Source of the DNA: an uncultured Gammaproteobacteria bacterium
GTDB taxonomy: Bacteria > Patescibacteriota > Patescibacteriia > UBA1544
Direction of reading: 5' to 3'
DNA: 56,859 nucleotides
Assembly (NCBI GenBank): GCA_964652585.1
Contig: CAZZDA010000001.1
Coordinates: 1 to 56,859, forward strand
The notes under the pieces are model-generated. The model searched no databases, had not been told where the DNA came from, and worked only from the letters and a program-made list of their open reading frames with translations. Made by a program: the position numbers and the translations under genes. Shown piece after piece: positions 7,738 through 16,371 of this stretch. Every line of letters begins with the position of its first letter. Within the stretch, counting starts at the first letter, position 1.

Positions 7738-7844
7738 AGCAATCTTAAAACTTGGAACTTAAAACATGAAACATGCTCTTTAAATCTTTATATTCTTGCA
7801 TTTTTATATTCATATCATTCCGACTGCAATGAAATAATATTTTT

Positions 7845-10685
7845 TTATTTCTTGTCATTTTGCCCTGCCATCCACTCTACCACCGCATTTAAATCTGAAT
7901 CGCCATCTTTTCCTTTTGATTCCAAATATCCTTGTAGCGCCAAAGTGTCGTCACCCATCGCATCTAAATTTGCACGAAGATTTCCCATATTACCCGCTAA
8001 CTTGCGTAATCCCTCGCTCTGATTCTGTTTACCCAGCTTGCCCATAGCAAGCGACAACGGTGCGAGCAATTTTTTCAGCATGTACAACTGATTGACTGAA
8101 AAATATTGACCTCCTGCCATTTGAACCCTTGATGTCGGTACGCTTGGCGTATCGCCACGCGCTTCACCGCCTTGCATAACCGCGTTAATTTGTTCCTCAT
8201 TGACTTCCCGAATATCATTTTCAATATTGACCTCCGCTGATAAATCACCAGTATTTTGACGAGCTTCAACCTGCTGTACCATAGCATCAGCATCACTTGC
8301 TGCCTTCTCATACGCACGCATTTTGGTAACATGTCCGCCGGAATCATCCTTATCAACAATCGCCTGTGTTACCTCATCGGTCTTGGAATACAATTTCTCA
8401 TGATTAATATAATGTGCAATACGCTCCGCCTGATTATTTTCATCTGTCGCACCCGCACCGTGCGCGCGTTCATGCGTAAGCGTTTTTATCACGTCGCGCA
8501 TACCATAATTTTCAATCTTGCCACCAGCGCCGCGCCGCGTATCATACCCAACCGCTCCTGAATTCACCAGCTCCATTTTTTGTCCGCCGCTGGCGGTAAT
8601 ACTGTCTATCCTGTCTTTCGCTCTTCTTATACGTTCCAGTTTTTGTTCTTGCGCTCGTGATTGTTTACCTACTCCGCTTCCTAGAGCATCAATTTTTCTC
8701 TTGAGAGCTTTGGAAAGTGATTCCGCGACACCCTTAAATTGATCGCTTGAAATTGGAACACCTTTGGTACGACTATAATCGGATCCGTCTTTCGGCGCGT
8801 TGGCTTGCTGCAAAGCGTCTTTAAAATCCTCGTCGTCAAAATCCATCGCAATCGTGCTCCCTTTTCCGTGACCCGCAGAAATTTCTCCTTTTCCCCGCGG
8901 TAAATCATGTTCATCAGGCGTCGCCATCCTCGCCGCTCCTTCGGAAGGAAAATTTGGAAATTGTTTTTCCCATCTTTCTTCAGCCTTTTCTCGCTCTGTC
9001 TGAGGTTCTATCTTTTTAGTATTTTTATTCGTATCACTAAAACCCCTACCTGCACCAACCGACGAACGCATATATTTCATAGCATCAATAAAATCAGAAT
9101 CTTTATACCCTTTTGACAATGCTTCCGCACTTCCCGCTTGCAACTCTTCGACAGTCACTTGCCTGTCTTTATTTTCCGGTTTTTTATTATATGTGCCCAA
9201 CGCACTCTCGGCATATTTCATTGCTTCCGAACGAGTTGGCGCACCCTCCTCTTTAAACATTTCCGCACGACGTAATTCTGCTTTTTTTCGAGCAGCTTCA
9301 GCAAATGCTTTTACTTTATCTTTCGGATTTCCAATAAATTTCCTTGTCTTTGCAATTGCCTCTCTGTCTATTTGTTGCTCCCTATTATGTCGCTCATTCA
9401 ATCCAAATCCTTTGCCTATACCTGATCGAGTAAACGTACCTTTTCCAGATTTCCAACCTGCTTTTGTCCAGCCTGCAGCCTTCCTACCCCCAAGTATTCC
9501 TGCACCTGCCGCCACTCCAGCAAGCGCCACACCACCGGTTGCCGCGCCAGCAGCCGTAAGCGCAACTTTTCCTTTATGTCGTCCCGCAAACTGCTGCACT
9601 CGAGTACTTGCTTGTCGTAACGGCTTCATTCCACTACTATAAATTGCTCCTGCATATTTTGAGGCTGCGCCGCCAAGTTGCTGGGTAACCGCTATAGCTC
9701 CTATAAGAAAACCGAGGAACATAATATACGGTACGATATTATCCGCACAGGTAATAGCAGTATCTAACGCGCAAAGCACTTCACTTGAACCCTCACCACT
9801 AACAGCATTTATTTTATCTGTCAAATTAGTTTTTGTTGTCTGCATGGTAGAAAGCGCTAACCACACAAAAAACACCAATATTGGACCACTTACCACATAT
9901 TGAGTAAAGCCACTCCACCATTGAGCAGCATATTTTTGACCGCCGGGAAATACCTGCAACAAGTATGCAAAAGGCGAGAGCACGGCGTATATCCAAAGCA
10001 TTACAATACGAAAGACAATCACTACAACCAGTATTGCCATCACTAACATTGTTAAAAACATGGCAAAGCTGGCAAAAAGACTTGCAACCACAAGATTAAA
10101 CCATTGAGCACCATCTGATTTTTTAGTAGCTGCAGAAAAGCTCGCATATTCTTTAATGGCAAAAAGATTTACAAAATTTCCTGCCCCATTCACATCTCTT
10201 ATAGCATTTGCAAACGTCAACATTACTACTTGTCCTAAATCTATAAGGAATCCCGTAATACTTAAACTAAAATAAATAAGCACTGTCATGATCATAAGCT
10301 TCGGCAATGTTCGCCGCCAGTGATACGATTCTATATGTAATACCGTTGAAATCGCAATAACTAACAATATCACCACAAAAAACATCATGCAGAGCTGTCG
10401 TACGATGTAAAATCCAGTAAGAACAATATCCTCATTAACAAAGTTGTTGTATTGAGCTAAAGAAATAAAAGCATTAATAAGCAAACTGGTCAGCGAGCCC
10501 ATTAATTTAATAAATATGCTGGCTAACTCTCCAGTAACAGTATAGACAAAGTCGGGAGTACCGGCAGACGATATATGTATATAACCAAAAACACCAGCGA
10601 GTAATATAAAAAACAATACTACCAACAAGAATGGTTGCCTCCTATAAATTGAGATGGGGTGTATTTTGTTTATACGCAATACCAC
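7845..10685 (-). CDS. polytopic membrane protein, VirB6/TrbL-like N-terminal half plus long charged C-terminal domain (946 aa)
   Basis: The first roughly 350 aa contain many hydrophobic helices, followed by Gly/Ala-rich segments and a charged domain. It lies in the operon with PrgI/VirB4. The track start is GTG. Confidence 0.6.
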   Translation of the reverse strand: MVLRINKIHPISIYRRQPFLLVVLFFILLAGVFGYIHISSAGTPDFVYTVTGELASIFIKLMGSLTSLLINAFISLAQYNNFVNEDIVLTGFYIVRQLCMMFFVVILLVIAISTVLHIESYHWRRTLPKLMIMTVLIYFSLSITGFLIDLGQVVMLTFANAIRDVNGAGNFVNLFAIKEYASFSAATKKSDGAQWFNLVVASLFASFAMFLTMLVMAILVVVIVFRIVMLWIYAVLSPFAYLLQVFPGGQKYAAQWWSGFTQYVVSGPILVFFVWLALSTMQTTKTNLTDKINAVSGEGSSEVLCALDTAITCADNIVPYIMFLGFLIGAIAVTQQLGGAASKYAGAIYSSGMKPLRQASTRVQQFAGRHKGKVALTAAGAATGGVALAGVAAGAGILGGRKAAGWTKAGWKSGKGTFTRSGIGKGFGLNERHNREQQIDREAIAKTRKFIGNPKDKVKAFAEAARKKAELRRAEMFKEEGAPTRSEAMKYAESALGTYNKKPENKDRQVTVEELQAGSAEALSKGYKDSDFIDAMKYMRSSVGAGRGFSDTNKNTKKIEPQTEREKAEERWEKQFPNFPSEGAARMATPDEHDLPRGKGEISAGHGKGSTIAMDFDDEDFKDALQQANAPKDGSDYSRTKGVPISSDQFKGVAESLSKALKRKIDALGSGVGKQSRAQEQKLERIRRAKDRIDSITASGGQKMELVNSGAVGYDTRRGAGGKIENYGMRDVIKTLTHERAHGAGATDENNQAERIAHYINHEKLYSKTDEVTQAIVDKDDSGGHVTKMRAYEKAASDADAMVQQVEARQNTGDLSAEVNIENDIREVNEEQINAVMQGGEARGDTPSVPTSRVQMAGGQYFSVNQLYMLKKLLAPLSLAMGKLGKQNQSEGLRKLAGNMGNLRANLDAMGDDTLALQGYLESKGKDGDSDLNAVVEWMAGQNDKK

Positions 10686-10712
10686 AGCGCTAAATGTATA
10701 AAAACAATATAT

Positions 10713-11231
10713 TTACTCTGGACACTCCAGAATACTAACAACTTCTACCAAAAAATCATGTACTACATCGCCACTACATACATAGGTAGCAGTTAGTGTT
10801 AAAAGAAGTTGTACAACAATACCTATAATGAAAGAAAGGAGTGATAGTATAAGTATGATTTTCAATACTTTTTTCCACAAAACCTTTTTTACCACTGTTT
10901 TTGTAGACTGTTTTATTTTTTGTTTTACAACTTGTTGAGCTTTTTTTTTCACCTGTTCTTGCAATCTTTGACTTACCCTATCCTGTTGCATCACTGCCTC
11001 TGCCTGCCTTTGTTGTTGCTCTGTTTCCAGTGCTTGCTGCTGTGCTACCGCCTCTTGCTCCGCCTGTACTTGCTGTTCTTGTTTTGCAATTTCCTGCTGA
11101 TGCCGTATTTTTTGAATAGACGGTCCTTCATTTCCTTCCAAACTTCCTGCGAGTTTTGCTCGCTGTCGTGCAAAAGCAAAATCCTTTGCATACACTCCCT
11201 CTTGTTCTTGTTGTTCGGTTTCTTGCGACAT
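10713..11231 (-). CDS. hypothetical Gln-rich coiled-coil protein with C-terminal TM anchor
   Basis: ATG-started ORF with a QQ/EQ-rich central region and the hydrophobic stretch ILILSLLSFIIGIVVQLLLTL. Confidence 0.6.
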   Translation of the reverse strand: MSQETEQQEQEGVYAKDFAFARQRAKLAGSLEGNEGPSIQKIRHQQEIAKQEQQVQAEQEAVAQQQALETEQQQRQAEAVMQQDRVSQRLQEQVKKKAQQVVKQKIKQSTKTVVKKVLWKKVLKIILILSLLSFIIGIVVQLLLTLTATYVCSGDVVHDFLVEVVSILECPE

Positions 11232-11418
11232 TAATTAAATCATATTTATGCATCCCACGACTTATATTTTACCACAAAACACCCCTTCAAACAAAATCCA
11301 ACTGTGCACAACTATTTAGCAAGACAATAAACATGAAAGTCCTTGAAATTCCTACCCTCGATCCAATAACCGAACCAACAACCTAGCTTTTTTATACATC
11401 TATACCCTCACTAACATA

Positions 11419-11450
11419 CGACTTAATAATGCGCCCGCATATTTAAGTCG
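11419..11450. promoter_or_regulatory. hairpin presenting palindromic core ATGCGCCCGCAT (copy L)
   Basis: Structure is cgacttaa-[taATGCGCCCGCATat]-ttaagtcg. The same core with a different stem is at 12106..12143. Confidence 0.5.
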
Positions 11451-11494
11451 TATGAACACTTTCTAACATTTCTATAAAACCACCACCTCTTATT

Positions 11495-12079
11495 CTAAAG
11501 CTTAAACTTTCCTTTAAAATCTCTATCATACTCTACTTTTTGTGCAGTAATATAGAGTACACGCTTCCCGATATGGAAGTCAGCTTTGAGCATTGTAATC
11601 ACATCCTCGCACGGATAGGGATAGATCCATACGCTGTGCTGCAACCGAACAAATCCAAGATTGATTAAGTTGCCCCTTATTTGGTTGCGCAATACACGCC
11701 TATCTTCCGGTATATCAAAAATGATAATGCGCCACTTGCCGTCCCATTTTTTTGGTTTTTTAATACTTCTCTCACCACACTTGTATTGTTCAAGACGCTT
11801 CTTACCTTTTTCGGTTAAATACAGGAACTTTTTGCCATGCTGTGTTTTAAAGCTTATATACCCTTTGCGTTGAAGTTTTGAGATGATGTCGTTGATGTAT
11901 TTTTTTGGATAATACCTTTTCATACGCATCAATTTTTCATACTCTTTTACCGCAATGGCAACACCGGGAAGAATTGCAAGAACTGCCGGAATGGCTGTGA
12001 CAGCAATTACTCCAAGAACTATTTTTTCAATGGGAATTCGTTGCGTCTCTTTTTTTTGTTTTAAGGCAGTATATGACAT
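11495..12079 (-). CDS. membrane-anchored winged-helix / PaaX_C (Cas2-fold)-like putative regulator
   Basis: WDGKWRIIIFDIPEDRRVLRNQIRGNLINLGFVRLQHSVWIYP matches the PaaX C-terminal/Cas2-like pattern. It is preceded by the wHTH-like segment ISKLQRKGYISF and a TM helix. ATG at 12079 is preferred over the track start inside the hairpin. Confidence 0.65.
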   Translation of the reverse strand: MSYTALKQKKETQRIPIEKIVLGVIAVTAIPAVLAILPGVAIAVKEYEKLMRMKRYYPKKYINDIISKLQRKGYISFKTQHGKKFLYLTEKGKKRLEQYKCGERSIKKPKKWDGKWRIIIFDIPEDRRVLRNQIRGNLINLGFVRLQHSVWIYPYPCEDVITMLKADFHIGKRVLYITAQKVEYDRDFKGKFKL

Positions 12080-12105
12080 AGAAGAAAAAGTATAGCTATA
12101 TCCTA

Positions 12106-12143
12106 GACTGACTCTTTTATGCGGGCGCATATATTAGTCAGTC
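12106..12143. promoter_or_regulatory. hairpin presenting palindromic core ATGCGGGCGCAT (copy R)
   Basis: Structure is gactgact-[cttttATGCGGGCGCATatatt]-agtcagtc, just upstream of the regulator gene. Confidence 0.5.
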
Positions 12144-12348
12144 TTGTGTGTTATAGTATAGCACAGAGCAGCCACATACAAAACAGTTTGTGTTGCGTAA
12201 TCAACTGTCTGGTAACAAAGACTTCCAGAAAACAAGTCGCATATGAGTCATAAGTATGATACATAATTATTTTTTCCAATAGCTATTACATCATCCTTAA
12301 TCACCTACACTTTGGTAAAGACCGATGGAAAAGCGAGTTTTATAAATA

Positions 12349-12369
12349 AAAAAACCGCTGTGAGAGCGG
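12349..12369 (-). terminator. weak intrinsic terminator after 12411..12938
   Basis: Minus strand reads GCCGCTctcacAGCGGttttttt. The stem is only 5 bp. Confidence 0.4.
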
Positions 12370-12410
12370 CTTTATTGCTAGAACATATCTTTACCATTTT
12401 TTACTTTGTT

Positions 12411-12938
12411 TCAGGCAACACTTTCTTGCAGTCGCTTATACAAGAATGCTCTTTCTACAACCCATACCGCGCCTAATAATACACTCACATAAAACACGTC
12501 TCCCATTAAGGTGTATTTAAAAAATGGCAGCGCAAGCGTGTATGCCGCCAACAACCCTGTAAATGTATGCGGGTACCATGAGGAAAGCGCCCATACAGCA
12601 AAATTTGTTATCAAGAAGAATTGCAGTGATCCGGAAAGCGTTAAAGTTGCTGTTGGTAAAAAACCGCTACGCTTTCGCAAAAATATGCCGAAGCAGGCAT
12701 AAACAGTGATACTTGCATACACAACTACCATAAGTTTCCAGTTATAAAATCCAAGAAATATATCACTCACTAACAAAGCAAATATAGGTACTATGATTGC
12801 CCATTTTTTTGGTAAATATTTACCGGCAAGCAAACCTACAGCGCCAAGCGGTGTAAAATTCCAAGGATGAGGAATAAGACGCGATACTGCAGCAGCAAAA
12901 ATAAATAATATAATAAAGAAAAAATATTTTTTATGCAT
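12411..12938 (-). CDS. small polytopic membrane protein (DUF6580-like), putative vitamin-transport/substrate-capture component
   Basis: RLIPHPWNFTPLGAVGLLAG followed by 5-6 hydrophobic helices. It is the last gene of the riboswitch-led operon. Confidence 0.6.
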   Translation of the reverse strand: MHKKYFFFIILFIFAAAVSRLIPHPWNFTPLGAVGLLAGKYLPKKWAIIVPIFALLVSDIFLGFYNWKLMVVVYASITVYACFGIFLRKRSGFLPTATLTLSGSLQFFLITNFAVWALSSWYPHTFTGLLAAYTLALPFFKYTLMGDVFYVSVLLGAVWVVERAFLYKRLQESVA

Positions 12939-12961
12939 AGATATTTCTGTGAATATATATA

Positions 12962-13043
12962 CTTTTTCTCCTCAACATCGGGTATACTCCCGTCTCCGCC
13001 AGCTGGCAGATCCTCCTCGACACCCGATGTTTTCCCGAAAAAG
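12962..13043. repeat. palindromic element family 1, copy B (intergenic)
   Basis: Sequence is ctttttctcctcAACATCGGGTatactcccgtc...ctcgACACCCGATGTTttcccgaaaaag. Confidence 0.9.
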
Positions 13044-13484
13044 TTAAAATTGATTTTTAGTAAATTTCCACAATATAGTATCTCCCGGTTGTACGAGATA
13101 CGCACTTGCACCTATTTCCGCATATATTCCATTCACCCAATACTGCCAATATGTTGTACCACTATTTGCAACACCACCAATAGATTCTATAAACACGCCC
13201 ATTCCTTCATATTCCCGGTAGTCAACCGAAATATTTTCCTCTTGCAATGTTCTCTGAAGCACCTTCCATAACGTTTCATTTTCTTCAAAGGCAGTATGGG
13301 GAAAAGTTTGCAGCTCATCATTCCCAAAGTCAATCAGAAAATGTACAACAGATATTTTTTCGCCTTCTGTTTGTATAACAGATGAAGCATCAAAGACCGG
13401 AGCAGGCGCTACAACACTCCTCCCAAGCAAAAGACCCGAAGCAAAAAAAATAAGTGCGATGATAATTGTGTGGAGATGTTTCAT
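13044..13484 (-). CDS. DUF4430 (transcobalamin-beta-like) domain secreted protein
   Basis: Signal-like N-terminus. C-terminal YWQYWVNGIYAEIGASAYLVQPGDTILWKF is typical of DUF4430. The ATG at 13484 has GAAGGA 8 nt upstream. Confidence 0.7.
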   Translation of the reverse strand: MKHLHTIIIALIFFASGLLLGRSVVAPAPVFDASSVIQTEGEKISVVHFLIDFGNDELQTFPHTAFEENETLWKVLQRTLQEENISVDYREYEGMGVFIESIGGVANSGTTYWQYWVNGIYAEIGASAYLVQPGDTILWKFTKNQF

Positions 13485-13525
13485 ATTTTTTCCTTCATTC
13501 CTCATTCATTATTCCTTATTCAATT

Positions 13526-14098
13526 TTATCGTTTCCACCATCTTTTCTTTCGCGCATGCAGCACGTGCCCCAGTCTATTCATCAAACTTTTTCTCCTTTG
13601 TGTTCGCATATACCATAGCACACCTAGCCCGCCAACCGCAATCAGTACAAAGATGTTTATAAGGATATTGCGCAACAAGAGTAATTTTTCAAGAGGCGCT
13701 CCACTTACCGTCACGCGCAGCGGTACCTTAAGACCCGATCCCGCATTAAAACTTTTCTTATCCAATGGATAGCCCACCACTGAAAGCATTGTAGTAAAAA
13801 TCCCTTCTTTTTTCGGATTCACCAATACACGTACGCGCTTTTTTTCTCCAGCCTCTAAACGTATCTCTCTCTGTTGCACACCTATCCAGTCAGTTAACTC
13901 ATCTGCCGAAACGATGTAGATGCCCGGTTCTTGCGCAGTATTTGTTATAGTGAGCTCTGTTAACACCTTACCTCCTTTTTGTGCTGACACATTGATCACA
14001 GCAGGCGAAACACCAACACCTATCGCAAATACTGCGGTATTTGCGATAAGGACAGCGGCAATTACTATAACTATAACCAATACTGTTTTATGGTACAT
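13526..14098 (-). CDS. hypothetical membrane-anchored beta-sandwich-like protein
   Basis: N-terminal signal/TM segment, a beta-rich middle region, and a C-terminal TM followed by a basic tail. Confidence 0.6.
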   Translation of the reverse strand: MYHKTVLVIVIVIAAVLIANTAVFAIGVGVSPAVINVSAQKGGKVLTELTITNTAQEPGIYIVSADELTDWIGVQQREIRLEAGEKKRVRVLVNPKKEGIFTTMLSVVGYPLDKKSFNAGSGLKVPLRVTVSGAPLEKLLLLRNILINIFVLIAVGGLGVLWYMRTQRRKSLMNRLGHVLHARKKRWWKR

Positions 14099-14116
14099 AC
14101 ATATTACTGTGTCATA

Positions 14117-14189
14117 CTTTTTCTCCTCAACATCGGGTGTACTTCCGTCGCTTCACTCCTACTCGACACCCGATGTTTTCCCAAAAAAG
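14117..14189. repeat. palindromic element family 1, copy C (intergenic)
   Basis: Sequence is ctttttctcctcAACATCGGGTGTacttccgtcgcttcactcctactcgACACCCGATGTTttcccaaaaaag. Confidence 0.9.
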
Positions 14190-14200
14190 TGCCTAGTTGT

Positions 14201-16000
14201 TTATTCTATTCCCGTTCCCCAAAAAATGAGTGTACCGTTTTTTTCGCCATAACTTGTATAGTCGTCCGGTACAGGTAAAGATACCACAACAACTTCCTCT
14301 TCTGATTTTTGAATATGTGTTTCGTAGAGCGGCCACAATTGGCTTGCGACATACAAAGCATCGGTAAATATCTCATTACCTTCTACGATACTTTCAATAT
14401 ACAGATCGCTCGTACCCGTATTGGTAAGTGTCAGATCAACCATGCCTTTTTCACCGGGTTTGAGCGCTCCGAAATGTACCTGTCCGCCTGACACCGTAAA
14501 AGCAAGCTCCGGAGCATGAGCGCCGCCATCATCACCGCCACCAACAATATCTACCTTCAAATCAACTTCTTGCGATACGCCGCCGATAACAACCTCCACC
14601 GTGTTACTGCGAATATGCCCCGCTTTTTCCGCCCATATCTGCCACTTAGGTGTCAGACACCTAAGTGGAAATTTGCCGTATTCGTCGGTTGCTGCAGTTG
14701 TCGTGTCGTTACCACAATATACAGTTGCGCCTTCAAGCGGTTGCCATGCAGCAGGGTCGCCTGTCAACGCCTCTACGATAACCATCACTTCTTCTTGTTC
14801 TTGAATATGTGTTTTATCTACCGTAAGTCTCGTAAGTATCGTATTCCCCCAGGTGCCATACGCCCACAATACCTCATCTCCTGTTTGAAGCGTGTAATCC
14901 GCGGCACCAACCGAAGGGCTTTGCCAATTTACCCAATACATCCAGCCTGCAGATCCTTCTGCCATATCACTGCCAATAGTTTTGAGATAGGGGCCAAATG
15001 AAGTATCTTCAATCACATACGTAAAGCCGCATAGATCTGCCGCGTTTCGCACGACCTCAAGCGCTGTGGTTCCCGAAATATTCTTATCGCAGACCGTTTC
15101 CGTACTTCCTTCAATACGTACCTGAAATTGCTGTTCTTCCGCATTTTCCACATACGCTAAAGGAAAGCTTTTGCCGGTTAGTGCGACTACCGCGTGTGCT
15201 GTAATATTTGTATAAATATTTCCATCAGATATTGTCCAAAGATATCCTCCATTTTCTTGCTGTAAAGACTCAAGATGACTTTTTGGCGTTGCACCTCCGT
15301 CAACAACCCACTCATCTAGTGATGTACCAAGCTTATTGAATGCCCACAATACCCACGCGTCAGACCCGCCATCTGACTCGCTTCCAACGCTATAAGGAAA
15401 GCCGCCGTCAGAGTTTTGAACAGACTTCAAATAGATGAGAGCATTTTGTATGACTGCATCGTCTTGAGCAATACCCGCTTCTACCAAAGAAACAACAGCG
15501 GCTGCGGTGTCATTGGTATCACTGTCCGAACCAACCGCGTAGCCCCAACCACCATCAACATTCTGATTTTGGAGAATAAAATTTTTGCTCTGCTGCACTA
15601 CTTGCGCGCCAACCGTATAGCCTGCGGATCTTAATGCTAAAATTCCCCAGATATCATCATTTAAAAGATCCGCGCTTCCCAGTTGCGTGCCGTCATACAA
15701 TCCCGCCAATCCGTCAACCAAATCCGTACTCGCAAAAGTACGCGGATTTTCACCAACTGCAACTATTGCCAAAATACGCTTTGCATAGTCGGTTGCCGTT
15801 GTTCCCGAAAATTCTTGCAAATATGTTATATCGCCGACATCAGAGCCAGCTGCAACCAAGGCTTGTGTTATCCATTCGTCAGCAGACTGAGCTTGTAAAT
15901 ACGTTACGGCTTCCGGAATTCCCGCGGAAACAAAAGAGAAAGTAAAAAAGAGAAGTATACTAGGAAAAATAAAAAATGCGATAAATTTTTTATAAGACAT
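14201..16000 (-). CDS. secreted prenyltransferase/squalene-oxidase-repeat (alpha-alpha toroid) protein fused to DUF4430 and Ig-like domains
   Basis: Signal peptide, DGGWGYAVGSDSDTNDTA and DGGFPYSVGSESDGGSDAW repeats, and the DUF4430-like GWMYWVNWQSPSVGAADYTLQTGDEVLWAY. Start moved to ATG 16000 because the track start lies in a repeat unit. Confidence 0.7.
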   Translation of the reverse strand: MSYKKFIAFFIFPSILLFFTFSFVSAGIPEAVTYLQAQSADEWITQALVAAGSDVGDITYLQEFSGTTATDYAKRILAIVAVGENPRTFASTDLVDGLAGLYDGTQLGSADLLNDDIWGILALRSAGYTVGAQVVQQSKNFILQNQNVDGGWGYAVGSDSDTNDTAAAVVSLVEAGIAQDDAVIQNALIYLKSVQNSDGGFPYSVGSESDGGSDAWVLWAFNKLGTSLDEWVVDGGATPKSHLESLQQENGGYLWTISDGNIYTNITAHAVVALTGKSFPLAYVENAEEQQFQVRIEGSTETVCDKNISGTTALEVVRNAADLCGFTYVIEDTSFGPYLKTIGSDMAEGSAGWMYWVNWQSPSVGAADYTLQTGDEVLWAYGTWGNTILTRLTVDKTHIQEQEEVMVIVEALTGDPAAWQPLEGATVYCGNDTTTAATDEYGKFPLRCLTPKWQIWAEKAGHIRSNTVEVVIGGVSQEVDLKVDIVGGGDDGGAHAPELAFTVSGGQVHFGALKPGEKGMVDLTLTNTGTSDLYIESIVEGNEIFTDALYVASQLWPLYETHIQKSEEEVVVVSLPVPDDYTSYGEKNGTLIFWGTGIE

Positions 16001-16006
16001 ATATAT

Positions 16007-16077
16007 TGTCATTCCCGCGAAGGCGGGAATCTATGATATGAGTATTTATATGGATTCCCGCCTTCGCGGGAATGACA
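16007..16077. repeat. hairpin element family 2 (GGATTCCCG..CGGGAATGACA), two inverted units
   Basis: Units are tgtcattcccgcgaaggcgggaatc and ggattcccgccttcgcgggaatgaca. Confidence 0.85.
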
Positions 16078-16080
16078 GAG

Positions 16081-16116
16081 AAAACAAAAAACCTTCTACT
16101 TGCGTGAAGAAGAAGG
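16081..16116 (-). terminator. intrinsic terminator, probable expression platform of the cobalamin riboswitch
   Basis: Minus strand reads CCTTCTtCTTcacgcAAGtAGAAGG followed by TTTTTTGTTTT. Confidence 0.6.
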
Positions 16117-16193
16117 ATTGAGCTAGCTTTTATACTAGAAGTAAAAACAGGCTATCCTCTTTGGTCTCGCAAGAGTGTATGATCTTAAAATCA

Positions 16194-16308
16194 CCATCAG
16201 TATTCGGACTTATGCCGTAAAACGACAATCACCGTAGCGGACCTATGGAGGACTCGCCACCACACCAATGTATTGGTGTGGTGGTATACACCTCGCTTCC
16301 CTGAATGG
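16194..16308 (-). promoter_or_regulatory. cobalamin (B12) riboswitch aptamer
   Basis: Minus strand reads CCATTCAGGGAAGCGAGGTG...GGTCCGCTACGGTGA...AAGTCCGAATACTGATGG. It shows AGGGAA/GGTG, a CCGCnACnGT element, a B12-box-like AAGTCnGnAnAC, and P1 pairing CCATTCAG/CTGATGG. The downstream operon is DUF4430-rich. Confidence 0.6.
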
Positions 16309-16371
16309 CAATTTATTGAATTGTTAAGGTAAGCACATCTTAACGGAAAGGTAAAAAGATGTCAAATTCTT

